From: Solirubrobacteraceae bacterium
GTDB lineage: Bacteria; Actinomycetota; Thermoleophilia; Solirubrobacterales; Solirubrobacteraceae
Length of the DNA: 64,000 bases
Reading direction: 5' to 3'
Assembly: GCA_029263125.1 (NCBI GenBank)
Contig: JAJCYD010000005.1
Span: forward strand, 103,720 to 167,719
Shown here: piece after piece, positions 34,597-44,093 of the stretch
Layout of the letters: each line of letters opens with the position of its first letter
Numbering within the stretch: position 1 is the stretch's first letter
Position numbers and translations under genes: made by a program
Notes under the pieces: model-generated
Seen by the model: only the letters and a program-made list of their open reading frames with translations
The model's database searches: none
Told to the model about the DNA's origin: nothing

Positions 34597-36285
34597 TCAC
34601 CCCAGCGCCGCCGCCAGCACCTTCTTGGCCACCGGCGCCGCCGTCGTCCCGCCGAAGCCCGCTCCGACGAGCAGGACCGCGACGGCCACCTTCGGCTTCC
34701 GGGCGGGCGCGAACGCGACGAACCAGGCGTCGGCGTCCTTGGGGTCATCGGAGTTGGGGCGAAGCTCGGCGGTACCGGTCTTGCCCGCGACCTGGACGCC
34801 CGGCAGCGCGCCCGACCTGCCGGTCCCAGACCGCACGACGCCGACCATCATCGACCGTACCGCGCGCGCCGTCTTCGCGGAGACCACGCGGCGCTTGACG
34901 ACCTTGTCGATCGTCGCGATACGCGGGCGCACGCGGGTTCCGCCATTGCCGATCGTCGCCGCGACCGACGCCATCACAAGCGGCGTGGCGAGGTCGCGCT
35001 CCTGCCCGATCGCCGCCGACCCGACGGCGAGGGCATCGCTCAACTCGTCCGGCGAGGCGATCGTGCTCGGCTTGGTCGCCGGGATCTTGGATTCCTCGTC
35101 GAAGCCGAAGCGGCGCGCGGTCTGCACCAGGCGCTTGGCGCCGACCTTCACCCCCAGCGGCGCGAAGACCGAGTTGCAGGACTCGATGAACGCCTCGGTC
35201 AGCGTGCCGCCGCAGTTCTCGCCCCCGGCATTGCCGAGCTTGACGCCCGACAGCGTCGCGGAGGTCGCGAAGGCGAACGTCGTCGACGGCGTGGCGACGC
35301 CGCTCTCAAGCGCGGCGGCGGTCGTGATGATCTTGAACGTGGACCCGGGCGGCTGCGGCGCCGAGACCGCCAGGCCGGCGACCGCGAGCACGGCGCCGTC
35401 GCGCGGGCGGATGACCGCCACGCCGCCGGTCCGGTCGCCGAGCGCGGCCTGTGCCGCGCGCATCAGCCCCGGCCGCAACGTCGACTTCAGCGAGCGGCCG
35501 CGCTGCGCGCTCGTGCGGTCGATGACGCGTGTGCCGAACGTCAGCCGAGCGGACGGATGGCCCGCGAGGCGTTCGTCGTAGACGCGTTGCAGGCCGGTGG
35601 GCTTCTCCCCGGATTCGCCGGCCACCGACGCCCCGAGCGGCGTCGCGTTCAGGCGCGTGCCATCGGCGGCCAGGACCGAGGCACGGCGCGGCTGGCGGCC
35701 CGCGCGCACGCGGACGTTCTCGCCGGCGCGCAGGCCGGGCAGGCGCATCGAGGGCTGCCAGTCGATGCCGGCCTGCTCACCCCGACCGGAGACCGCAAGC
35801 ACGACCGTGCCTCGGAGATCGTCGAAGTCGCGCAGCTTCACCGCGACCGCCAATGAGATGTTCCCGTCGCGCTCGTCGTCCGCGGCGCCGGTCCGCACGG
35901 ACGTCACGCCGGCGGTCGTATCGACGCCGTCGTAGGACCTCGCGAACGCCGCTTCGGGAGTCTTCGCGCGGGCCGCGGGCGTCAGCGCTCGCCACATCGC
36001 CGGCCGGTCGCCCTTCTGCCACGCCGCCGCGAACCGCGCGGCCGCGGCCCGCCGGTCCTCGCGCGCCTGGGTCTGCCAGCGCCAGGCGAAGCCGCCGGCC
36101 AGGATCGCCGCGACCGCCACCAGGAGGCCGATCGACGGCCAGGGCACGCGGCGCCGCGGCCGCGGGCCGCCCGTGACCCTGAAGCCGCGGCCGCCGCGCC
36201 GTCGCGAGGACGGCCGGCTGCTGGGCAGCATGAGCGAGCCCGCCCCCGGCCCCAACCCACTCCTTCGCCGACGACCACGAGCCAT
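34597..36285 (-). CDS. Class B penicillin-binding protein (NTF2/MecA_N-like domain plus transpeptidase)
   Basis: STFK, SCN and KTGT active-site motifs. N-terminal Arg-rich cytoplasmic tail and one TM helix. Start at MARGRRRR (36285). Confidence 0.85.
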   Translation of the reverse strand: MARGRRRRSGLGPGAGSLMLPSSRPSSRRRGGRGFRVTGGPRPRRRVPWPSIGLLVAVAAILAGGFAWRWQTQAREDRRAAAARFAAAWQKGDRPAMWRALTPAARAKTPEAAFARSYDGVDTTAGVTSVRTGAADDERDGNISLAVAVKLRDFDDLRGTVVLAVSGRGEQAGIDWQPSMRLPGLRAGENVRVRAGRQPRRASVLAADGTRLNATPLGASVAGESGEKPTGLQRVYDERLAGHPSARLTFGTRVIDRTSAQRGRSLKSTLRPGLMRAAQAALGDRTGGVAVIRPRDGAVLAVAGLAVSAPQPPGSTFKIITTAAALESGVATPSTTFAFATSATLSGVKLGNAGGENCGGTLTEAFIESCNSVFAPLGVKVGAKRLVQTARRFGFDEESKIPATKPSTIASPDELSDALAVGSAAIGQERDLATPLVMASVAATIGNGGTRVRPRIATIDKVVKRRVVSAKTARAVRSMMVGVVRSGTGRSGALPGVQVAGKTGTAELRPNSDDPKDADAWFVAFAPARKPKVAVAVLLVGAGFGGTTAAPVAKKVLAAALG

Positions 36286-36347
36286 GTCCCGAAGGTTGTA
36301 CGTGGTCTGCAGTTCACGCGCCAGTTGCGGGTGAAAGCATGCGGGTG

Positions 36348-36983
36348 TTATCGCCCGACGCGATATGTCACATGCGTCACCGCCGGTGAATCCACGACCG
36401 TGACCGGTCGCAGGTGCAGGTCGCCGACCCCATCCAGCAGGCGGTCGCCGGCACCGAGGATGACCGGAACGATGTGCAGGCACAGCTCGTCGAGCAGCCG
36501 GGCGCAGAGCGCCTGCTGCACCGTGCTGGCGCCGCCGGCGATCGCGACGTCCCGATCGCCGGCCGCGTCCCGAGCCTGCGCCACGGCGGACTCGATGCCG
36601 CCGGTGACGAACGTGAACGTCGTGTCGCCCCGCATCGCCAGGGGGTCGCGCTCGTGGTGGGTGAGCACGAAGACCGGCGCGTGGAAGGGCGGCTCCTCGC
36701 CCCACCAGCCGGTCCAGGTGTCATCCCAGGGTCCGTCGGCGCCGCCGAACATCCCGCGTCCCATGACGTACGCGCCGACGTCCCGCACGGCCTCCTCGAT
36801 GACCTCGGAGTCCGTGGAGCGCTCGCCGCCCTCCACGCCATGCTGGCTTCGCCAGCCCTCGGTCGCGAGCGCCCACTCGTGCAGTCGTTCACCGCCCTCG
36901 CCAAGGGGATGCTCGGGGCTCTGGTTCGGTCCGGCGACGTAGCCGTCAAGTGAGATGGAGATGTGACAGGTGATGGAGTTCAT
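36348..36983 (-). CDS. Dihydrofolate reductase-like / RibD C-terminal family protein
   Basis: ISISLDGYVAGPN...YVMGRGMF...FVLTHH...IAGGASTVQQAL...DELCLHIVPVILG. Confidence 0.8.
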   Translation of the reverse strand: MNSITCHISISLDGYVAGPNQSPEHPLGEGGERLHEWALATEGWRSQHGVEGGERSTDSEVIEEAVRDVGAYVMGRGMFGGADGPWDDTWTGWWGEEPPFHAPVFVLTHHERDPLAMRGDTTFTFVTGGIESAVAQARDAAGDRDVAIAGGASTVQQALCARLLDELCLHIVPVILGAGDRLLDGVGDLHLRPVTVVDSPAVTHVTYRVGR

Positions 36984-37019
36984 GCCGATAGGACCGGCAT
37001 GCGCCGCTCATCTCATCGC

Positions 37020-38180
37020 TCAGCTCAAGCGCTCGACGAGCATCGCCTGGCCCATGCCGCCCGCCACGCACATCGACTCGATCCCGTAACGGCCGTCCTT
37101 GGCGTCCAGGCCGTTGAGCAGCGTGGTCATGATGCGCGCGCCGGTCATGCCGAAGGGGTGGCCGAGCGCGATCGCGCCGCCGAAGGGGTTCAGCTGCTCC
37201 TCGGTGATGTGAAGCTCCTGCATGCATGGCACGATCTGCGCGGCGAACGCCTCGTTGATCTCGACGACGTCGATGTCGCCGATCTTCAGGCCGGACTGCT
37301 CCAGCAGCGCCTTGATCGCGGGGATCGGGCCGAGGCCCATCGTCTCGGGACGCAGCGCGGCGACGGTCGAGGCGACGATCCGAGCGCGTGGCTTCAGTCC
37401 GAGCGCGCCCGCCCGCACCTCGGACATCACGAGCACCGCGGCGGCGCCATCGTTGAGCGGGCAGGCGTTGCCTGCCGTCACGGTGCCGTCCTCCTTGAAG
37501 ACCGGCTTCAGCGCGGCGAGCTTCTCGATCGTCGTCCCCGGGCGCGGTCCGTCGTCAGAGAGCAGCTCGCCACCGTCGGGCAGCGCGACGCCGACGATCT
37601 CGCGGTCGAAGTGCCCGGATTCCTGCGCTGCGACGGCCCGCGTCTGGGAGATCAGCGCCCACTCGTCCTGCGCTGCACGCGAGACGTCGCGCTGCGCTGC
37701 GACGTTCTCGGCGGTCAGACCCATCGGGATGTAGACGTCATACAGCGACCCCTCAGAGCCATCCAGCAGCGGGTGCTTGGCCTCGTCGGCGATCGCGGCG
37801 CCCAGGCCAGCGCGCGAGACCGCCTCGACTCCGGCGGCGATGTACTGCTCGCCCTCGCCGGCCTTGATCGCGTGGAAGGCCATCCGCAGCGTCTGCAGCG
37901 AGGACGCGCAGAAGCGGTTGACGGTGCATGCGGGGACACGCTCATGAAAGCCCGCCAGCAGCGTGGCGTTGCGCCCGACGTTGTAGGCCTGCTCTCCGAT
38001 CCCCGACGCGGAGCCCATCATCACGTCGACGGTCTCGTCGAGATCGACCTCGGGGTTGCGCTCGCGCAGGGCGCGCAGCGGCGTCGCGGCGAGCTCGTCC
38101 GCGCGCACGCCGATAAGCGAGCCCTTGAACGCGCGGCCGATGGGTGTACGGACGGCGTCGACGATCACGGCTTCGGGCAT
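37020..38180 (-). CDS. fadA: Acetyl-CoA C-acyltransferase (thiolase)
   Basis: NRFCASSLQT (Cys nucleophile), NEAFAAQ, GHPFGMTGAR and MCVAGGMGQA. Confidence 0.92.
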   Translation of the reverse strand: MPEAVIVDAVRTPIGRAFKGSLIGVRADELAATPLRALRERNPEVDLDETVDVMMGSASGIGEQAYNVGRNATLLAGFHERVPACTVNRFCASSLQTLRMAFHAIKAGEGEQYIAAGVEAVSRAGLGAAIADEAKHPLLDGSEGSLYDVYIPMGLTAENVAAQRDVSRAAQDEWALISQTRAVAAQESGHFDREIVGVALPDGGELLSDDGPRPGTTIEKLAALKPVFKEDGTVTAGNACPLNDGAAAVLVMSEVRAGALGLKPRARIVASTVAALRPETMGLGPIPAIKALLEQSGLKIGDIDVVEINEAFAAQIVPCMQELHITEEQLNPFGGAIALGHPFGMTGARIMTTLLNGLDAKDGRYGIESMCVAGGMGQAMLVERLS

Positions 38181-38300
38181 GAGGACCTCCAGGTTGGTTG
38201 TGCCTCCGGCGGTCGCACTCCACGGAGACGTGTTTCACAGCGACGTCGCACTCGCCGCAGCCAGCCTGCATTGTGACACGATTGACTGGTCAGTCGGGTT

Positions 38301-39317
38301 CTATGCCAGCCGCTTGCCCAGCAGGGCCGCATGCGCGGCGACGTCGCTGGCAAACGCCGCGAAATGCGACGAGTACAGCGACTGGGGACCGTCGCAGCGT
38401 GCGTGCTCGGGGTCGTCGTGGACCTCGACGATGAGGCCGTCCGCGCCCACGGCGGCCGCGGCACGCGACATCGGCTCGACGAGCGCGCGGTCGCCGGCGG
38501 CATGCGACGGATCGACCACGACCGGCAGGTGCGTGTGCAGCTTCAGCCACGGGATCGCGCCGAGGTCCAGGGTGAAGCGCGTCGCCGTCTCGAACGTGCG
38601 GATGCCGCGCTCGCAGAGGATGACCTCCTCGGTGCCCTCCTTGAGCACGTAGTCGGCTGCCATCAGCAGCTCGTCCAGCGACGAGGACAGGCCGCGCTTG
38701 AGCAGCACCGGCTTGCCGAGCCGTCCCGCGACCTCCAGCAGCGCATAGTTCTGCATGTTGCGAGCACCGATCTGCACGACGTCCGCGATCGCCTCGATCG
38801 CTTCGGCATGGCTGGCATCCAGCAGCTCGGTGACGATCGGCAGGCCGGTCTCCTCGCGCGCCTGCACGAGGATCTCCAGCGCCGCGGTGCCCAGACCCTT
38901 GAAGGCGAACGGCGACGTGCGCGGCTTGAAGGCGCCCCCGCGCAACATCGAGGCGCCGCCGGCACGCACCGCCGCGGCGACCGAGAGCGTCTGAGCGCTG
39001 GACTCGACCGTGCATGGTCCCGCGATCAAGCAGAACGTCTCGCCCCCGCCGATCGTGCGGCCACCGATCTCAAAGCTCGAGGCGTGGTCGGAGAGCTCCG
39101 ACGAGGCGAGCTTGTAGGGCCGGGAGATCGGCACGACCCGGTCGACGCCCGCCATGCCCTCGAGCCCCAGCTCGATGACGCCCTCGGGGTCGCCGATCGC
39201 CCCGATCGCGGTCGTCAGCTCGCCCGGCATCACGACGACGTGGACGCCTGTGGCGGCGAGCCGCTCGCGCACGGCCTCCACCGCCTCCTCCGGCGCCCCC
39301 GGTTGCATGACGATCAT
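38301..39317 (-). CDS. aroF: 3-deoxy-7-phosphoheptulonate (DAHP) synthase, type I-beta with an N-terminal ferredoxin-like regulatory domain
   Basis: MIVMQPGAPEEAVEAV regulatory-domain N-terminus. Catalytic blocks LIAGPCTVES, LRGGAFKPRTSP, QIGARNMQN, LKRG and DPSH. Confidence 0.88.
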   Translation of the reverse strand: MIVMQPGAPEEAVEAVRERLAATGVHVVVMPGELTTAIGAIGDPEGVIELGLEGMAGVDRVVPISRPYKLASSELSDHASSFEIGGRTIGGGETFCLIAGPCTVESSAQTLSVAAAVRAGGASMLRGGAFKPRTSPFAFKGLGTAALEILVQAREETGLPIVTELLDASHAEAIEAIADVVQIGARNMQNYALLEVAGRLGKPVLLKRGLSSSLDELLMAADYVLKEGTEEVILCERGIRTFETATRFTLDLGAIPWLKLHTHLPVVVDPSHAAGDRALVEPMSRAAAAVGADGLIVEVHDDPEHARCDGPQSLYSSHFAAFASDVAAHAALLGKRLA

Positions 39318-39472
39318 CATCGGCTTGACGATCGTATGGGAAGCGATCCAGGCCATGGTCGCGGTGATGCGCCGCCTGATCAGAGCGGCCGCTGTCGCTC
39401 GGACACCGCGCGCTGGGCCGCGTCCTACCGACTCGCCTGGAACCGTTCGGCGCCCGACCGGGTCTGACGTGC

Positions 39473-40090
39473 ATGGCCCGGAGGGACAAGCTCTATCGTG
39501 AGGGCATCGTGGCGCACCGCCAGATCGAGGACGAGAGCGAATTGGTGCGCCGTGCCCGGACAGGTGATCGCTCGGCCTTCGACGAGCTCGTCCACCGCCA
39601 CGCCGACGGTCTCTACCGTGTCGTCGCTCATCTGTGCTGCGGTCCGCACGAGGCCGAGGAGGTCACCCAGGAGACCTTCTTGCGAGCCTGGCGCGGACTG
39701 CCCGGCTTTCGCGAGGACGCGAAGTTCTTCACCTGGCTGTACCGGATCGGCGTCAACGAGGCGCGGCGACGCAACGACCGCGGGCGCCGCGCGGAGACCG
39801 TGACGTCGCTGGACGATCATCGCGGCCACGAGCTCTCCGACAGCCGGCCTCGACCGGAGGCACGTGCCGAGCAGGAGGAGCTGCGTCGGGACCTGCAGCG
39901 AGCGATCGACGGCCTGCTCGTCCATCACCGAACCGCGCTTGTGCTGCGTGACATCGAGGGTCTCTCGACCGCGCAGGCGGCAGCGGTCCTGGGCGTGCGC
40001 GAGGCCGCGTTCAAGAGCCGCCTGCATCGCGCTCGCATGGCTCTGCGCAGCGCGCTCGCCCAGCACGCCCCAGAGCGGGCGGCGCGATGA
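39473..40090 (+). CDS. ECF-type sigma-70 family RNA polymerase sigma factor
   Basis: Region 2 reads FDELVHRHADGLYRVV...VTQETFLRAWRGL. Region 4 reads LRDIEGLSTAQAAAVLGVREAAFKSRLHRAR. Confidence 0.88.
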   Translation: MARRDKLYREGIVAHRQIEDESELVRRARTGDRSAFDELVHRHADGLYRVVAHLCCGPHEAEEVTQETFLRAWRGLPGFREDAKFFTWLYRIGVNEARRRNDRGRRAETVTSLDDHRGHELSDSRPRPEARAEQEELRRDLQRAIDGLLVHHRTALVLRDIEGLSTAQAAAVLGVREAAFKSRLHRARMALRSALAQHAPERAAR

Positions 40091-40608
40091 TCTCCGAGCA
40101 CCGCTTCACGGCCGCGCGCCTGTCGGCCTATCGGGACGACGACCTGCCCGACGACGAGCACCGCCGCGTGCGCACCCATCTGCGCGGCTGCCGGCCCTGT
40201 CGCGAAACCCTCGACGAGATGGCGATGTTCGCTTCTCGCCTGCGCACCTCAAGCACCCCGCCGCCCGCGGGGCTTGCCGAGCGCGTCATCGCTCACCTCG
40301 ACGCCGAGAGCCCGGCGATCCAGCTTCGGGTGGTCGACGAGGACACGTCACGAGCACCGCGGCACCCGTCACGGCCCGTCGCCACCGTCGCTGCGCAGTG
40401 GTCCGTCACCCGCGGACATCTGCGCACCACGCTGCCCCTGGCGATCCTCGTGGGCATCGCGATCACGCTGCTCAAGGACCTCGGACCGCTGCTCGCCGAT
40501 GGGCTCACGACGCAGAACTGCGTCGTCTGCGGCCTGAACTTCGTGCTCTCGTTCGTGCTCATGAACGTCGGAATCATGCTCGCCAGCTCGCGGCGCCACA
40601 CCGGCTGA
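40087..40608 (+). CDS. ZAS-type anti-sigma factor fused to an NrtS-like membrane domain
   Basis: ATGA overlap with the sigma gene. HLRGCRPC (Hx3Cx2C) near the N-terminus. C-terminal TTLPLAILVGIAITLLKDLGPLLADG...CGLNFVLSFVLMNVG resembles NrtS-family small membrane proteins. Confidence 0.7.
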   Translation: MISEHRFTAARLSAYRDDDLPDDEHRRVRTHLRGCRPCRETLDEMAMFASRLRTSSTPPPAGLAERVIAHLDAESPAIQLRVVDEDTSRAPRHPSRPVATVAAQWSVTRGHLRTTLPLAILVGIAITLLKDLGPLLADGLTTQNCVVCGLNFVLSFVLMNVGIMLASSRRHTG

Positions 40609-40748
40609 GCGCGAGGTCGTGCCTGACGACGAGGATCGGCGAAGCGATCTGCGCCGCCTGAAGTGGTCTGCGGCGTTCTTCGTCGCGTGTGCCGTGCTGG
40701 TGCTCGGCGCCGGCGCGATCGGGCTGTACCACTGAGCCTGATCGCGCG

Positions 40749-41381
40749 CTACAGGCCGAGGTCCCGCACCCCGAGCTCGTCGGCGCCGAGGTGATGGGCC
40801 AGCTCGTGGCGGACCGTGCGCGTGACCTCGTGGCGCAGGACGTCGGGGTCGTGGCCGAAGTCGCGGCGCAGGGTGTCGCGGTAGATGACGATCCGGTCGG
40901 GCACGTCGTCGCGCGCGACGCCATCGCCGTGGTAGAGGCCGTAGGCGCGAGCACGCCGGCCGCCGTCGGAGATGACGACCGCGACGTTGCGCTCCAGGGC
41001 GCGCTGCAGCAGGTCGGGCAGCTCGTCCATCGCCTCGCGCACGAGCTCGGCGAAGTCGTCGTCGTTGTACGGATCCAGGGCCATGAACTCGACCTCGTCG
41101 GGCTCGGCGGCGACCCCGGCGCGAGCCAGCCGCTCGGACTCCTCGACGAGCCGCTCGAACTCGTCCTCGGACTGCGTCTCGCTCCAACCGGCCATCCGCA
41201 GCCCCAGCGACAGCATCACCAGGCCGACGAGCGCGATGACGAGGACGACCAGCGTGCCGCCCTGAAACAGCCGCAGCGGGAAGGAGAACGCGCTCACGCC
41301 GTACAGGCCCAGAGCGAGGAACCCGACGGCCAGCGCGCAGAGCGCCGACAGCAGGACCCGCTTGGTCGTCGGGGACCGCAC
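40749..41381 (-). CDS. Membrane-anchored minimal zinc metallopeptidase (DUF1025/MtfA-like)
   Basis: Two N-terminal TM helices and a C-terminal VRHELAHHLG (HExxH). GTG at 41381, 8 nt after the acyl-CoA dehydrogenase stop. The rest of the 444-aa track ORF is out-of-frame read-through of that gene. Confidence 0.72.
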   Translation of the reverse strand: MRSPTTKRVLLSALCALAVGFLALGLYGVSAFSFPLRLFQGGTLVVLVIALVGLVMLSLGLRMAGWSETQSEDEFERLVEESERLARAGVAAEPDEVEFMALDPYNDDDFAELVREAMDELPDLLQRALERNVAVVISDGGRRARAYGLYHGDGVARDDVPDRIVIYRDTLRRDFGHDPDVLRHEVTRTVRHELAHHLGADELGVRDLGL

Positions 41382-41389
41382 GGCCGGCG

Positions 41390-42538
41390 CTATCGCATCG
41401 TGCGGGCGATGACGACCCGCTGGATCTCGTTCGTGCCCTCGTAGATCTGCGTGATCTTCGCGTCGCGCATCATCCGCTCGACCGGGTACTCGCTGACGTA
41501 GCCGTAGCCGCCGAGCACCTGGATGGCCTCCAGGGTCACGGCCATCGCCGTATCCGACGCGAACAGCTTGGCCATCGAGGTGTACTTGCCGACGTCGGGC
41601 TCGGCGCGGTCGGCCTTCGCGCAGGCCTTGTAGAGCAGTTCCCGTGCTGCCGCGGTGCGCGTCTCCATGTCGGCGAGCTTGAACTGGATCGCCTGCAGCT
41701 CGTTGATCGGCTTGCCGAACGCGATCCGCTCGCGCGCGTATCCGGCGGCGTAGTCCGTCGCGCCCTGGGCGAGCCCGACGGCCTGCGCCGCCGCGCCCAG
41801 GCGCGTGCGCTCCAGCGTGGCGAGCGCGATCGACAGGCCCTTGCCCTCGGCGCCGATGAGGTTGTCGGCCGGGACCCGCACGTCGGTGAACGACGGCGAG
41901 CCCGTCGGCGAGCCCCGGATGCCGAGCTTGTGCTCGAGCTTGCCGTGATCGAAGCCGTCGCGATCGGCCTCCACGACGAACGCCGAGCTGCGGTTGTTCT
42001 CGCGGTCGGTCTTCGCGAAAACGATGTAGAAGTCGGCGACGCTGGCGTTGGAGATCCAGTTCTTCTGGCCGTTGATGACCCACTCGTCGCCGTCACGCAC
42101 CGCCGTCGTCCGCAGAGCAGCGGGGTCAGATCCCGCCTCGGGCTCCGACAGCGCGAACGCCGGCGCCAGCTCGCCCGACGCGCAGCGCGGCAGCCAGCGC
42201 TGCTTCTGCTCCTCGGTGCCGAAGCGGGCGATCGGCAGCGTGCCGAGCTCCTGGAGCATGAGGATCAGCGCCGAGGACCCGCACGCCTTGGCGATCTCCT
42301 CGACGGCCATCTGCAACATCAGCGTGCCGGTCCCGGTGCCTCCGTACTCCTCGGCGAACGGCAGCGCGAGGATGTCGTGCTCGGCGAGCAGCTCGCGGAT
42401 GTCCTGCGGGTACTGCGAGGTGCGATCGATCTCGGCTGCGCGAGGCGCGATCTGCTCCTGGGCAAGCTCGCGAATCGCGTCGCGCAGATCCGCGAGCTCG
42501 TCGGGGATGTCATAGACGTCGGTGGCGGTGGCCGGCAC
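41390..42538 (-). CDS. Acyl-CoA dehydrogenase (short-chain type)
   Basis: ALSEPEAGSD, WISNA and QIYEGTNEIQRVVIAR motifs. Confidence 0.92.
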   Translation of the reverse strand: MPATATDVYDIPDELADLRDAIRELAQEQIAPRAAEIDRTSQYPQDIRELLAEHDILALPFAEEYGGTGTGTLMLQMAVEEIAKACGSSALILMLQELGTLPIARFGTEEQKQRWLPRCASGELAPAFALSEPEAGSDPAALRTTAVRDGDEWVINGQKNWISNASVADFYIVFAKTDRENNRSSAFVVEADRDGFDHGKLEHKLGIRGSPTGSPSFTDVRVPADNLIGAEGKGLSIALATLERTRLGAAAQAVGLAQGATDYAAGYARERIAFGKPINELQAIQFKLADMETRTAAARELLYKACAKADRAEPDVGKYTSMAKLFASDTAMAVTLEAIQVLGGYGYVSEYPVERMMRDAKITQIYEGTNEIQRVVIARTMR

Positions 42539-42604
42539 GGACGTTCATCGTACCGGCGGCAGATTGACGCTTAGGGTCGCTGTGCAGCGGGCATACACCG
42601 GCCC

Positions 42605-42835
42605 ATGGGCATAGGCACATCAATCTTTCTCATCGCCGTCGGCGCGATCTTCAAGTTCGCGGTCACCGCCACCGTCTCGGGGATCTCGATCTCGACGGTC
42701 GGCACCATCCTCATCGTCGTCGGGATCGTCGGGCTGGTGATCTCGCTCGTCTTCATCATGCAGGCCGATCGTGGTCTGCCGGTCGAGCGCGAGCGGGTCG
42801 TCGAACGCGATCCGTACGTCGATCGCCGCCTCTAG
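42605..42835 (+). CDS. Small two-TM membrane protein (DUF6458-like)
   Basis: MGIGTSIFLIAVGAIFKFAV...VGTILIVVGIVGLVISLV followed by a charged tail. Confidence 0.65.
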   Translation: MGIGTSIFLIAVGAIFKFAVTATVSGISISTVGTILIVVGIVGLVISLVFIMQADRGLPVERERVVERDPYVDRRL

Positions 42836-42877
42836 GCACTCGACGAGACCCGTCAGACGGTCGTCGACTCGAGATCG

Positions 42878-43108
42878 TCAGCGGGCGGCGCAAGCAGCCC
42901 CGGTGCGTTCGGGTCGTCGGAACCGCATGGCAGCGAGACGTTGAACCCTTTCACGGCGCCCGAGGTCGCCAGCGGGAGCACCGGGATCGGCCGCAGCCAC
43001 CGGCGGCGCGCCTGCTTGGAGCGCTCTCTCGGGGGCCTCTGGCGCGGTTGCGCAGCCAGACAGCCCCGCGATCCATAGTACGATGACGATGAGTCTGTGC
43101 TTGGGCAT
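42878..43108 (-). CDS. Putative small lipoprotein; the reading frame downstream of the lipobox is doubtful
   Basis: MPKHRLIVIVLWIAGLSGC signal with a lipobox. From about codon 20 the overlapping frame (track ORF 42853..43122) has much higher GC3. Confidence 0.3.
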   Translation of the reverse strand: MPKHRLIVIVLWIAGLSGCATAPEAPERALQAGAPPVAAADPGAPAGDLGRRERVQRLAAMRFRRPERTGAACAAR

Positions 43109-43274
43109 CGACCTGGAAGCACATCAGGTGGTGGATCGCCGGAAGCCTGGGCGGGCTCGATCGCGCACCGCGTGCGCGCCTACTTCGTAGCGGTCGTGCG
43201 CCAACTACTGGGGATCACGCCGTTTGGCCTTCGTGGCCAGGGGTAGGTGAGCACACGGTCTTTATTCTCCCGAA

Positions 43275-44075
43275 ATGAGAGGCAAGCTCATAACTACCCT
43301 CGACACCGCTCTCGACTTCGCCCTTCACCTTCCGCCCAGTGACGCTGCCGGCGGACTCGATCAAGACGAAGAGTGGTGCGAGGTCACGATCGATGACGAA
43401 CGCAGGCGCATCCGGCTTCACGACTACGCCGAGATCTTCGGCGTTCCGGGACTCTACGAGCGCCTTTTCCAGGAGAGCCTGGAGTGCGACTCTCCGCGGG
43501 TCGTCGGCGATCTGCTCGCCGAGCAGCTCGGTGAGAACGGCATCGATCCGGCCCGCCTGACGGCGCTCGACTTCGGCGCCGGCAACGGCATGGTCGGCGA
43601 GGTCCTCGATGATCTCGGCGTCGGCGCGATCGTCGGCGTCGACCTGCTCGAGGAGGCCAAGGACGCCGCATTTCGCGATCGTCCCGGCCTCTACGAGGAC
43701 TACCACGCGCTCGACCTCACGGCGCTCAGCGAGGACGACAGGTCCGACCTCGCGGAGCACGACTTCGACCTCATGAGCTGCGTCGCGGCGCTGGGCTTCG
43801 GCGACATCCCGGCGGTCGCGTTCGCCGAGGCGCTGAACTTCGTCTCAGACGGCGGCTGGACGGCGTTCAACGTGCGCGACCGCTTCTTCGAGGAGAGCGA
43901 CCCGACCGGCTTCGGCGGCTTCCTGCGAAGGCTGTTCCGCGAAGGCGCGCTCGAGAAGCGCGCGCAGGTCCGCTACACGCATCGCGTGTCGGTCGACGGA
44001 GAGCCGCTGCGCTACCTCGCCGTCGTCGCCAACAAGCAGGGCGAGATCCCGATGGACTGGGCAGCCGCCGCCTGA
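43275..44075 (+). CDS. Class I SAM-dependent methyltransferase
   Basis: Motif I LDFGAGNGMVGEVL followed by GVDLLEEA. Confidence 0.75.
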   Translation: MRGKLITTLDTALDFALHLPPSDAAGGLDQDEEWCEVTIDDERRRIRLHDYAEIFGVPGLYERLFQESLECDSPRVVGDLLAEQLGENGIDPARLTALDFGAGNGMVGEVLDDLGVGAIVGVDLLEEAKDAAFRDRPGLYEDYHALDLTALSEDDRSDLAEHDFDLMSCVAALGFGDIPAVAFAEALNFVSDGGWTAFNVRDRFFEESDPTGFGGFLRRLFREGALEKRAQVRYTHRVSVDGEPLRYLAVVANKQGEIPMDWAAAA

Positions 44076-44093
44076 ACGGCGGCAGGTCAGCAG

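Noticed and set aside
40749-42083. The 444-aa minus-strand ORF taken as a single gene.
   Set aside because: Only the last 210 codons (from GTG 41381) encode the TM-anchored HExxH peptidase. The upstream part is an alternative frame across the acyl-CoA dehydrogenase gene.
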